Assembly: GCA_048882325.1 (NCBI GenBank)
Contig: JBHLRS010000009.1
Coordinates: forward strand, 4,207-68,206
Origin: Candidatus Thorarchaeota archaeon
GTDB taxonomy: Archaea > Asgardarchaeota > Thorarchaeia > Thorarchaeales > Thorarchaeaceae
Direction of reading: 5' to 3'
Length of the DNA: 64,000 nucleotides
This document shows, piece by piece, positions 47,516-56,551 of this stretch (position 1 is the first letter of the stretch; every line of letters begins with the position of its first letter). The position numbers and the translations under genes were made by a program. A model generated the notes under the pieces. It searched no databases, was not told the DNA's origin, and saw only the letters and a program-made list of their open reading frames with translations.

Positions 47516-49456
47516 ATGTTGCTTGTTCTACTCTTGATATCACTAACTACGTTGACGACTGAACCAATATCTGCAGAGGGCGAGATTGTGGTTGTTCGAG
47601 GAAACACTATCTTAATCACCGTCACACTTCTTCAGAATGGTAGCTTCGGAGAACCAGTACCAGACCAGTGGATACATTTCTTTGACCAGAGCTATAACTC
47701 GTTCTTAGGTTCTGAAAAGACAGATGCAAACGGTATCGCTTCACTTTCATGGGGCATTCCCATTGATCATGCACTTGGAATGACAACCATCAATGCAACA
47801 TTTTTGGGTAATGAGTCACTGTCACTAGCTCCGTCATATCAATGGAGTGTCTTGACAGTAGTTTCCTCTACAACTATCGAGATTGACCAGGTGCCTGATT
47901 CACTCGCCCCAGGAGATTTCTTATCATTCTTAGTTCACCTGACTGATGACACAGATAGTCCAATTGAGAACGCCTCTGTGAAAGTGTTTAAGGATTATAC
48001 ACCTATTGCTGTTGCTAAGACCAACTCATCAGGAGATATTCACTTCAAGATTGATTGCAACAGCACATGGATAACACTAGGAAACAATGACATAAGAGTT
48101 GTATTTGAACAAGATTTGGCAAAGCACCTCAATGGATCTGAGTTTACGTTCATTGTCGATATATCAAAAATACCTACGTTTCTGCTTCCTCATGGTTGGT
48201 ATCCAACTAATGTCACTCTTGGTGAATTTGTTGATTTGTATATTGAGCTCTCTGAAACAGCTAATCCCATGCCGAATGAGGCTATCCAAGTCCTCCTAGA
48301 TGATTCTCCTCTAGTTCTTGTTACCTCTAACAATTCTGGAATCGCCCGTGCTCTGTTGGATATCGATGAACGATTCACTCTTGGGGTTCATATCCTGCAA
48401 TTTTTGTACAATGGTACATCGAGGTACTCTGTATCAAATTACGAATATCCTTTATCTATAACCAGCCCAGCACAGTTGAGCATTGAAGTTCCGGAATCTG
48501 CTTCGATAGGCTCAATCGTCGATCTTGAAATTGCAATTTCGGATTCATTAGGTCGTCCGATTCCTGATTCGCTTATCACACTAGTTGACACTACATCTGA
48601 TCAGACCTTTACGGTTCCTTCGAGCTCAACTAAAACAGTTATCAATTTTCAATATGTGGTGCAAGGTCCTACCGGCACCCACATTCTCAATGTAGAAGTG
48701 TCAGAGAATCTATTTGTGACGAACGGAAATTGCAGTGCTACCTTTGTTGCATGGTCCAAGCCTGTTATGTTCATTCTCAACGTCAATGTGGATCACTATG
48801 CCTCTCCCAATCAAGAGATCTTTTTTGAATTACAGATGACTGATTGGAATGGAAATTGTTCCTATAGACCTCTCTATCTTATGTTAGATGGCCAGGTCTA
48901 TCTATCAAGAACGACAGGCATAGATGGGAAACTTACTCTTGCTCTTACTGCTCCACTGATTGAAAAGGTGTACAATATATCAATGGTCTATGAGGGAAAT
49001 AATACACTCTTTGAAAGTCCAACAAAGCTCGATTATGACCTTCATGTGACTAGTCAAATGCCTGTGCGACTTGAACTCGATTCCTATGAGGTTAATGCTG
49101 CACGACATGAACTAGATATACGTCTAATATTGAAAGCATTCAATGGCTCTACACTACAAGGAGTGAATGTGAATTTTGTCTGGTTAGATTCACACTTCGA
49201 CTCCCAAACAAGCGATGGGGGATTGGTTATTCTTCATCTTAGAGTTCCTGCAATAAATGGTATCTATGTCTTATACTATGAAATTGAGGACGCAGCATCA
49301 ATAGTTCCAACAAATGGAACATACCTGATTGAGATTACGATTTCTGATGTAATGTCACTACAGGGAATTGGTGTTGTTGGTCTAGCAATAGCTCTTTTTG
49401 CTTCAGTTGGAATCTCAGCCGTACCAATCCTAAGACGAAGATATCTTGTAGGATAA
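47516..49456 (+). CDS. Secreted, membrane-anchored surface protein that is beta-rich and heavily N-glycosylation-sequon-rich.
   Basis: An N-terminal signal peptide (MLLVLLLISLTTLTTEPISAEG). Many N-x-S/T sequons. A C-terminal TM anchor plus basic tail (GIGVVGLAIALFASVGISAVPILRRRYLVG). Confidence 0.6.
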   Translation: MLLVLLLISLTTLTTEPISAEGEIVVVRGNTILITVTLLQNGSFGEPVPDQWIHFFDQSYNSFLGSEKTDANGIASLSWGIPIDHALGMTTINATFLGNESLSLAPSYQWSVLTVVSSTTIEIDQVPDSLAPGDFLSFLVHLTDDTDSPIENASVKVFKDYTPIAVAKTNSSGDIHFKIDCNSTWITLGNNDIRVVFEQDLAKHLNGSEFTFIVDISKIPTFLLPHGWYPTNVTLGEFVDLYIELSETANPMPNEAIQVLLDDSPLVLVTSNNSGIARALLDIDERFTLGVHILQFLYNGTSRYSVSNYEYPLSITSPAQLSIEVPESASIGSIVDLEIAISDSLGRPIPDSLITLVDTTSDQTFTVPSSSTKTVINFQYVVQGPTGTHILNVEVSENLFVTNGNCSATFVAWSKPVMFILNVNVDHYASPNQEIFFELQMTDWNGNCSYRPLYLMLDGQVYLSRTTGIDGKLTLALTAPLIEKVYNISMVYEGNNTLFESPTKLDYDLHVTSQMPVRLELDSYEVNAARHELDIRLILKAFNGSTLQGVNVNFVWLDSHFDSQTSDGGLVILHLRVPAINGIYVLYYEIEDAASIVPTNGTYLIEITISDVMSLQGIGVVGLAIALFASVGISAVPILRRRYLVG

Positions 49457-49466
49457 AGACAAGAAG

Positions 49467-49575
49467 TGGTGCTCCGGCCGGGATTCGAACCCGGGTCGGG
49501 GGATCGAGAGTCCCCCATGCTGGGCCGGACTACAGTCGGTATCATTGTAAGGAATATACAATGCTCTACCGGAGC
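49467..49575 (-). tRNA. tRNA-Glu (anticodon CTC) with a ~33-nt intron in the D-arm region (non-canonical). CCA is encoded.
   Basis: Acceptor GCTCCGG/CCGGAGC. The D-arm 3' part TAGTCCGGCC matches archaeal tRNA-Glu. Anticodon stem GGGGA/TCCCC with loop CTCTCGA. T-arm CCGGG-TTCGAAT-CCCGG. An extra segment after position ~9 contains the hairpin ATTGTA-TATTCCT-TACAAT. Confidence 0.65.
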
Positions 49576-49663
49576 CGTGAATGGATTGCCAGTCCGGAGC
49601 GCGAGAAGGCTCGTTTGGAATTATGCAAATAAGCCTTTCCCCGCAACATGAGGACTAAAGAAT

Positions 49664-49984
49664 CTAAGGTGCACTGAATAATTGAGTTAGACTACTCCAA
49701 CTATCCTGTAATAACTGCAGTAATCCTCCCACAACATCTTGTGCCCACCCTGTGGCTTGAAGGATGACCGCAATAACAATAGAAACTGTGACAACTGCAA
49801 GCCCAAGGAGCAGACTCTCCTCAACTAGCGGTCCTCCCTGTTCATTACGAATTAAACCATCATCCTTTGTCAAAGATATCCACCTTGAACTGATGTTTTG
49901 CTGGTTCCTTTTAAGGTCCCCAAAAGATCTGGACCACTCTATGCTTCTGACTTGATGAATTTCATCGGGTGTCCCTTTGACCAC
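49664..49984 (-). CDS. Small membrane protein, possibly a class-III signal-peptide (type IV pilin-like) precursor.
   Basis: A single hydrophobic helix SLLLGLAVVTVSIVIAVILQA preceded by EQGG-PLVEE. If a TTG start near 49873 is used, this helix lies near the N-terminus as in prepilins. The ORF-track start overlaps the upstream ATPase gene by 46 nt. Confidence 0.35.
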   Translation of the reverse strand: MVKGTPDEIHQVRSIEWSRSFGDLKRNQQNISSRWISLTKDDGLIRNEQGGPLVEESLLLGLAVVTVSIVIAVILQATGWAQDVVGGLLQLLQDSWSSLTQLFSAP

Positions 49985-51633
49985 ATCTCTTCGCTTATTG
50001 TGTGAAAACTCATGGGATTGCTATTTAGGCGGATGATTTCAGTCAGATTCCTTAGAGCTGGAATATGGCTTTTGACCCCGGACTCTCTTGCATGGTTTAG
50101 AAAAGCTCCATCATCTGCCCAGTCCTCATTAATACCTTCGATGGAATCATAGATTTTATTGAGACCTGAGAATACAACTAATCCGTTTACCACCCTTCGT
50201 CGTATTTCTGAGATTTCGCTCACGATTCGTTTAGACTCCCCTGGTTTCGGTCTTTCTAAAGTAACAATGATATCCAAGAGCGCAATGTTGTCTTCTTGAA
50301 TTCTATGGCCGAGTTTCCACCTAGAAATAAGACTGGACGCCGACTCGCTGTGACATGTTTGAATAGTACGAAGACCTGCTATAATAGCCTGAAAAAGGGC
50401 GTTGCTGTGTTCTGCAGTCTGAATCTCTCCTAGAATGAGATAGTCTGGCGACCGATGGAGACATTTGATTATTTCATCACTTTTGTTAAATTTCGTCAAT
50501 TGCTCATCCATGGGGTCAACTCTGAAACGTACCTGATGGTGATCTTTCTGTGGTCTGCTTTCAATGGCATCTTCAATGTAGATTTTTCTCCACCACTTTG
50601 GTGTAGTCATATCCAAGGCATTCAACAAAGTTGTTTTTCCAGTACCTGGACCTCCAGTTATAGTAATGTTGAACCTGCATGAAACAGCGAAGACTAGAAT
50701 TGCTGCAACATCAGATGTCATAGTTTCATTCTCTATCAATTCACTAATAGTAAACGGATTGTTCCTCGCTCGACGAATTTCGAGATGTAGTCCATCTGGA
50801 CTTAATGGTGGCATACTTGCAGAGAAACGAAGTGCGGCATCTTGAATACGTATATCCATTTTGAGAGAGGGGTTGCTTCTATCTAGGTGGAGATTGCTTT
50901 CAGCGCGAATTAGAGTGATAATTTTTGAAACATCCTGCTTATAAAAAGTGAAATCTGTTATACATCTACCATATCGTTGATGATCAAAATAGATTGGTAC
51001 TCCAGGACTATCAAGGTATATTTCCTCTACCCAATCATCATGGATAAGGGGCATAAGTACGCCAAGGATGTTTCGACGATGAGCGACGATCTCAGCGAGT
51101 CGCATCCGAGTTGCTTCATTCATCTCAGGAATTAAGTCCAAGATGTGAATGGAAATATCCTTGATTGCCTGATTTAATTTCTGTGTTATTCCCACCTTCA
51201 AAGAGTTAGTTCTGTTTCCAGATTGGAAAGGTTTCTCAATCAAATCTTCAACAAGTGAGTTTTCTAGTGCGGTTCTGACCAATGGAACAGTTGTGTATCG
51301 TGCTTGATTATTTTCTGTCTGATGAAAAACAGATAGATGAGAGCCCACTTTGTAAATTGCTAAGATATCGTCTAACATGTCAACTAGGTGCATGTTAGAA
51401 CCAATAAAGACAGTTTCCCAACCCTCAGTTCGCCATGATGGTTCAGGTAATTTCAGACTCTTCAGAGTACAGAAGTGAAACAAACCTCTTCCAGTTTCAA
51501 CTATGATAATCTGTGATTTTTCGTTTCCAGATTCCTTGATATGGTTGAGCCTCTGACAACCAAAATCACTCCTCTGAGAACACTTTTCACAACGTCCAAC
51601 AGGACATTGGACAACATGGATATCTGAATTCAA
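49939..51633 (-). CDS. GspE/FlaI/VirB11-family secretion/pilus-assembly ATPase with an N-terminal Cys4 zinc ribbon.
   Basis: Walker A ITITGGPGTGKTTLLNAL. A Walker B/Asp box PDYLILGEIQTAEH. A His box IQTCHSESA. The N-terminus carries CPVGRCEKCSQRSDFGCQ. Confidence 0.75.
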   Translation of the reverse strand: MNSDIHVVQCPVGRCEKCSQRSDFGCQRLNHIKESGNEKSQIIIVETGRGLFHFCTLKSLKLPEPSWRTEGWETVFIGSNMHLVDMLDDILAIYKVGSHLSVFHQTENNQARYTTVPLVRTALENSLVEDLIEKPFQSGNRTNSLKVGITQKLNQAIKDISIHILDLIPEMNEATRMRLAEIVAHRRNILGVLMPLIHDDWVEEIYLDSPGVPIYFDHQRYGRCITDFTFYKQDVSKIITLIRAESNLHLDRSNPSLKMDIRIQDAALRFSASMPPLSPDGLHLEIRRARNNPFTISELIENETMTSDVAAILVFAVSCRFNITITGGPGTGKTTLLNALDMTTPKWWRKIYIEDAIESRPQKDHHQVRFRVDPMDEQLTKFNKSDEIIKCLHRSPDYLILGEIQTAEHSNALFQAIIAGLRTIQTCHSESASSLISRWKLGHRIQEDNIALLDIIVTLERPKPGESKRIVSEISEIRRRVVNGLVVFSGLNKIYDSIEGINEDWADDGAFLNHARESGVKSHIPALRNLTEIIRLNSNPMSFHTISEEMWSKGHPMKFIKSEA

Positions 51634-51702
51634 CTAGTAGAGCACCTCATGATTTCTACATCTTATTCAGACAAATCCTACATAATCTCCTAGACATTCA
51701 AG

Positions 51703-52740
51703 TCACTGGGCTTGTGATACTTCGATGACCTTTTTCATCATTCCAAAGTGATCTCTGATACTATACTCGGCCACCTCGGTTGCAATTGAAGCAAGCTTTT
51801 GTGTTAGCACGGCTCTCCTTCCATATTGTATCGCAATCAGTCGGTCACTCGCATAGGCAGCTGAAACTGTAAATATGAACGGATTTCTTCCGCCGCGTTT
51901 TGAAGCAGGTATTATTTTGAGAACTTCGAGTATCTTGTTTCTAAGAGCGTTCTCATAGTCCTTTGGTTCCCAACCTCGTGATTGAACCTTACTGACTACT
52001 CTTGGGTTGTTCATCAACATTGAAAGCACTCTTGGAACATAGTCCTCTGGTTTTCGGATTTCCGGTGAGTAGCCTGTGAGCGACTTGAGCCTGAGTGCTT
52101 CTCGCACAATTGCTCTCACATTGACTCGGTGTCCGCATTTTTCAAACACATCAGCTATTTCATCAAGTGTTATCGGAGCCTCCTCTTTGAACTCCCTTAC
52201 AGCCATGAGAAGACACACAGCAATCAACAGTATGTTATTACTGACGTTTCCTGCTGCTTCATTCACCACTTTCTTGTATAGATACGCAGTCCGATCGCGA
52301 ACTTGCTCATTGATCATGAGTAGCTTTGACACATGATTGAGAGTTCTAAGAGCTCTGTATTTTGCCTCATTCTTGCCAATTCTGATTCTGGTGCTGTATA
52401 TTGTTTTCAGCCGCTTGAATTTCTTCTGCATTCTTCCTGAGAGTGCCTGTCCTTGTGCATCTTGAAAATACCGATCTTTATGGAAGCCAATGTAGCTGCC
52501 AAGACCGTCCACAATATGCATTCGGTTTCCTAATGATACATACATAGTTGCATCAGGGGAATCGCCAGTGGGTCGTTCGCCCATCTGATATGTAGGCAAA
52601 ACGTATTCTCTAGAAAGCACCAAACCGCATTCAGCACATACTATGTGTCCCTGACTAGTGACCAAAAAACCACTACAGTCAGGACAGGATTTTGAATTCG
52701 TTAAACGAGATTCACATGTTCCATCAGTCAAAAACCACAC
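51703..52740 (-). CDS. tfb: Transcription initiation factor IIB (TFB).
   Basis: N-terminal zinc ribbon CPDCSG...CAECG followed by two cyclin-like repeats. Typical length of 345 aa. Confidence 0.9.
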   Translation of the reverse strand: MWFLTDGTCESRLTNSKSCPDCSGFLVTSQGHIVCAECGLVLSREYVLPTYQMGERPTGDSPDATMYVSLGNRMHIVDGLGSYIGFHKDRYFQDAQGQALSGRMQKKFKRLKTIYSTRIRIGKNEAKYRALRTLNHVSKLLMINEQVRDRTAYLYKKVVNEAAGNVSNNILLIAVCLLMAVREFKEEAPITLDEIADVFEKCGHRVNVRAIVREALRLKSLTGYSPEIRKPEDYVPRVLSMLMNNPRVVSKVQSRGWEPKDYENALRNKILEVLKIIPASKRGGRNPFIFTVSAAYASDRLIAIQYGRRAVLTQKLASIATEVAEYSIRDHFGMMKKVIEVSQAQ

Positions 52741-52897
52741 CCATTAGAGATGTGCACAATCATTCCTAACTAAGTTTCAGATACCAATTATACATTCACA
52801 GAGAATAACAATCTGTTCAAGTAGACTTTGACTGATATTGAGCGGTCTTTGTCGGTCTGGTCAGAAAGAGAGGTGACCGAAAGTAATCTTAATGGGA

Positions 52898-53263
52898 TTA
52901 CATAAAAGCCAGAAAGAACTTCTCTGAGTTGAAAACGTTACTCTGACTTGGAGTTGGTTTTCCTAGTGTGAAGACTAGTCGCAATCCACCTACGGATCCA
53001 ATTACTTCAAGACCATTTTTCTCAGTCTTTTTGAAGACGCCACTCTCTACATAGAGCTTTGCTTGTTCACCTTTTGTAATTGGCTTAGAATCGATGATAA
53101 CAGTGATTGAATCATTAGCATTCAGTGTGTCACAAAGTGCATCCGGAAGCTCGAGTGAGAGTGTTGCTCCATCACTTTTCGAGGAAACCTTCAATAACTT
53201 CAATCTTCTCGTTTCCGTTTCCTCAACAGAGTCAATGACTGCAGTCTTAAGCCTAATTACCAT
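52898..53263 (-). CDS. Hypothetical 121-aa beta-rich protein, possibly OB-fold.
   Basis: An ORF with alternating beta-strand pattern. It has its own intergenic spacing upstream and downstream. No motifs were recognised. Confidence 0.35.
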   Translation of the reverse strand: MVIRLKTAVIDSVEETETRRLKLLKVSSKSDGATLSLELPDALCDTLNANDSITVIIDSKPITKGEQAKLYVESGVFKKTEKNGLEVIGSVGGLRLVFTLGKPTPSQSNVFNSEKFFLAFM

Positions 53264-53385
53264 AAATGATCCACCTCTATATGCTAGAGTCTATTTTTCA
53301 CGGCATGCCTTTGCGAATTAAACCTACCGTTGAAACCATGTGCCGTTTTTTAGGAAGCATAATGACGATTTTCTGGTGTAGCTAA

Positions 53386-55176
53386 GTGAATCGGAAAGTG
53401 GTAGCACTCGCCCCCCTCTCTTTGCTTCTAGTCACATGTCTTGTTGTTCCAGTTTCAGCATTCTACTTTGACTTTCAGTCCTTCGAAACTGACAAGTTGG
53501 TATATGAAGTTGGAGAAACGATTAACATGGTCGCAAAGTTAATCGCAGATTTCAGTGACGAGGGGTGGTGCAACGTATCATTTGGAGTTGTTACAGATCT
53601 TGGTCCTTCTTTTGCGGAAGGATACTCTATTCCTCCATCTCCATTGGTCCGTTACCTAAATTCGTCATATACAATTCTTCCAGAGCATACTTCGCCCACT
53701 GAAACAGGTGTACAAGCTTTTGTCATCTTTACTGTTCAGATTTTCGATGTAGGAGAACAAAGTGAGGGTGATAACATCCTAATCACAATTAACAGAGGAC
53801 ATCTCAATGCTTTTCCACAAATTCCTCTCATTGCGCAGTATGGATTGAATACATCACTCCCATTGAAAATTGCTAGTATTCATAATAGTGATGTTGTCTA
53901 CTCTGGCGAGTCTGTTACATTGCATGTGGAGAATTCAACTTCACATACTGTGTTACATACTAATGTAACCACAACTTCCGAAGGAATGGTACACCTCAAT
54001 TGGAGTGACTCGTTTGGTGCTCCTGGTCTGTATAATCTGACTGTTTCCAGCGATGGAAATGAAGACTTTCTACCACTAGCTGATTCATTCGAACTAACAG
54101 TTCTTCCAGCGCCTTCAAATTTAACCGCAATCTCTACACCCGGCACAGTATATTGTCAAGCACCTGATGGTAGTCATGTTCAACTTGCTGAGATTATAGT
54201 TGAGCATACGGATGTAGATTCAATCCCTATCAATGATAGTCTAGTACGATGGACTGCAAGCTTTGGATCTGGTTCGTTGGCCAAATTGGGTGCTGGTCTG
54301 TATTCTGGTATGATTCCCTTCAATACAAGTCCAGGGTCTTATACCATCAATATCACATCCACTAATCCTCAATATCAGAGTAGTGGAACTGAAGTCATTG
54401 TGGATGTCCTAGCAAATATATTGCAATTCACTCCAGTACAGTCATCTTGGAATGTGACAAGAGGTGACAATGTGACTGTTGAGTTCCTTCTGGAATCAAC
54501 CCTTGATTGGAATCAATCAATACAACTAGATTTCATAGATGAAAAAACGCAGTTCTCAGTAACATCAAGTGTCCTGCCGGGCATTCCTAAGTTTCAACAA
54601 ATCCCAATCTGGCACAACATCTCTGTAGGACAACATATCGTTGATATTTCCTCAACAAGTGAGTACTATGAGTTTACTACTACTCCTCAAATTGAATTGG
54701 TTGCTATTGGGACAATGAATGTTTCAATGTTGATACAAACTGTATACTATAGTGAAACATTAGATTTCAATCTAGATATCGTTGATGATGATAATCAACT
54801 GGTTTCAAATGCTGAGGTTTCTATTTTCTGTGATGAGGATATCACGTCTTTTGCGACCACCGGTTATGTCAATACGAGTGCAAACCAAACTGTAGGATTG
54901 CCGTTATGGATTCAACTAGGCATACACAATCTTACCTTTATTGTCAACAGTCAATACTATGAGTCGATTATCTATATCGTAACCATCAAAGTCTGGATGC
55001 GGACTAACCTCACCATTGTTATATCAAGTGATTCGAATTCAATTGCTGAAGATACTCAGTTTGACATCACACTAAGTATCTCATCTGGATTAATCATGAG
55101 TCCTCCACCAATTTTGTGTAATGGAGTTACCTCTACAATACCTTTCACAGCTCGACTCACTTCATTTGACAATTGA
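53386..55176 (+). CDS. Secreted surface (glyco)protein that is beta-rich with very many N-x-S/T sequons.
   Basis: A signal peptide (MNRKVVALAPLSLLLVTCLVVPVSAFY). More than 25 N-x-S/T sequons (NVT, NTS, NLT, NIS, NQS, ...). No C-terminal anchor was seen. Its 3' end convergently overlaps korA by 120 nt. Confidence 0.5.
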   Translation: MNRKVVALAPLSLLLVTCLVVPVSAFYFDFQSFETDKLVYEVGETINMVAKLIADFSDEGWCNVSFGVVTDLGPSFAEGYSIPPSPLVRYLNSSYTILPEHTSPTETGVQAFVIFTVQIFDVGEQSEGDNILITINRGHLNAFPQIPLIAQYGLNTSLPLKIASIHNSDVVYSGESVTLHVENSTSHTVLHTNVTTTSEGMVHLNWSDSFGAPGLYNLTVSSDGNEDFLPLADSFELTVLPAPSNLTAISTPGTVYCQAPDGSHVQLAEIIVEHTDVDSIPINDSLVRWTASFGSGSLAKLGAGLYSGMIPFNTSPGSYTINITSTNPQYQSSGTEVIVDVLANILQFTPVQSSWNVTRGDNVTVEFLLESTLDWNQSIQLDFIDEKTQFSVTSSVLPGIPKFQQIPIWHNISVGQHIVDISSTSEYYEFTTTPQIELVAIGTMNVSMLIQTVYYSETLDFNLDIVDDDNQLVSNAEVSIFCDEDITSFATTGYVNTSANQTVGLPLWIQLGIHNLTFIVNSQYYESIIYIVTIKVWMRTNLTIVISSDSNSIAEDTQFDITLSISSGLIMSPPPILCNGVTSTIPFTARLTSFDN

Positions 55177-56183
55177 CCAAGACTGAGTTCAGGGACTAAC
55201 AACTTGTCCACTGATTTTGCGAATTTCCTTATCGCATCATCTGGGAAAGGCCAAAGTGTCTTCAGTCTCATGGACCGGATGGTGGGTTCTGAGGTCAACT
55301 CCATTAGTTCTTCCACTGATCTCGAAGTAGAACCGTATGAAATTATACCCCATGTAGCAATGTCTGGTCCTGTAATTTCATAATCCTCAAGGATATGAGC
55401 CGCATTCTGAATCTTTGCAGATAGTCGCCGAATCAATTTGTCATGAACTTCTGGGTCTGCAGTCTTTCTAAGTCCTAGCTCATTATGAGTTGATCCAGTA
55501 ATGAGTAAGTCATGCCCGTCACCAAATCTAGGCATCAATGCATGTCCATCATCATCAGTACTCCCATAAGGTGTTGCTCCCACTGATGCAAACCGCCTCT
55601 TCACTGTAGTGTCACGAGTTACATCAATCACCACCTTTTCCCGGGAATGAGCTACAATTTCATCTGAGAGTAAAATAACTGGATGCCTCAGCCTTTCAGA
55701 CAACTCAAAGGCCCTCAAAGTTAGTTCGTAGGTTTCTTGTGCAGAGTTAGGAGCGAGTACAACGCTTTCATGATCTCCATGAGTTCCCCATCGTGCTTGC
55801 ATGAAATCTCCTTGAGCAGCTTTTGTTGCCTGCCCTGTGCTTGGACCAGCTCTCTGAACATCAACAATGACACAAGGAGTTTCCGTCATTATTGCATATC
55901 CGATATTCTCTTGCATCAGACTGAATCCTGGACCTGATGTTGCAGTCATAGACAATGCTCCACCCCAAGAACTCCCAATGATTGCAGATATGGCTGCAAT
56001 TTCGTCCTCCATCTGAACATATACCCCTCCGATTTTCGGAAGTCTAGCTGACATAATCTCAGCAATCTCAGAAGCAGGAGTAATAGGATATCCAGCAAAG
56101 AATTTACAACCTGCAGCAATTGCAGCTTCAGCGCAGGCTTGATTTCCCTGCCAGAATTCGACTGATTGATTTTTGGCAGACAT
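55056..56183 (-). CDS. korA: 2-oxoacid:ferredoxin oxidoreductase alpha subunit (KorA/PorA-type).
   Basis: The conserved N-terminus NQACAEAAIAAGCKFFAGYPITPASEIAE and a transketolase-like fold. No beta-subunit gene is adjacent. Confidence 0.75.
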   Translation of the reverse strand: MSAKNQSVEFWQGNQACAEAAIAAGCKFFAGYPITPASEIAEIMSARLPKIGGVYVQMEDEIAAISAIIGSSWGGALSMTATSGPGFSLMQENIGYAIMTETPCVIVDVQRAGPSTGQATKAAQGDFMQARWGTHGDHESVVLAPNSAQETYELTLRAFELSERLRHPVILLSDEIVAHSREKVVIDVTRDTTVKRRFASVGATPYGSTDDDGHALMPRFGDGHDLLITGSTHNELGLRKTADPEVHDKLIRRLSAKIQNAAHILEDYEITGPDIATWGIISYGSTSRSVEELMELTSEPTIRSMRLKTLWPFPDDAIRKFAKSVDKLLVPELSLGQLSNEVSRAVKGIVEVTPLHKIGGGLMINPDEILSVMSN

Positions 56184-56293
56184 AGTTACGACTCCAATTT
56201 GTCGTTGGTCAACATGGTCAAGATAAGCATACTCTTACAGCAGTACTAAATTGCCGATAGTCTTTTATCAAATTTAACTTGGTGAGTCACGAA

Positions 56294-56370
56294 GCGACCG
56301 TGGTCTAGCCTGGTTAGGACGGAAGCCTCCCAAGCTTCCAAGCCGGGTTCAAATCCCGGCGGTCGCACCA
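56294..56370 (+). tRNA. tRNA-Gly (anticodon CCC), intron-less. CCA is encoded.
   Basis: Acceptor GCGACCG/CGGTCGC. D-arm GTCTAGCCTGGTTAGGAC. Anticodon stem GAAGC/GCTTC with loop CTCCCAA. T-arm CCGGG-TTCAAAT-CCCGG. Length 77 nt. Confidence 0.85.
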
Positions 56371-56551
56371 CTGATTTTCGTCAGATTTAAGGGAGGATAA
56401 TTAATTATATTCTTGGCGAGCGATGATTGCGATGACCCCTATGAGTCAGAATTGACGATGATATGGATCTTGAGTTAGGAGCTCGCCATTACTTTCGGTA
56501 ACCTCCCCTTTTATCATACATTTAATCGTACGCTCCGCAAATGCTTTTAAG

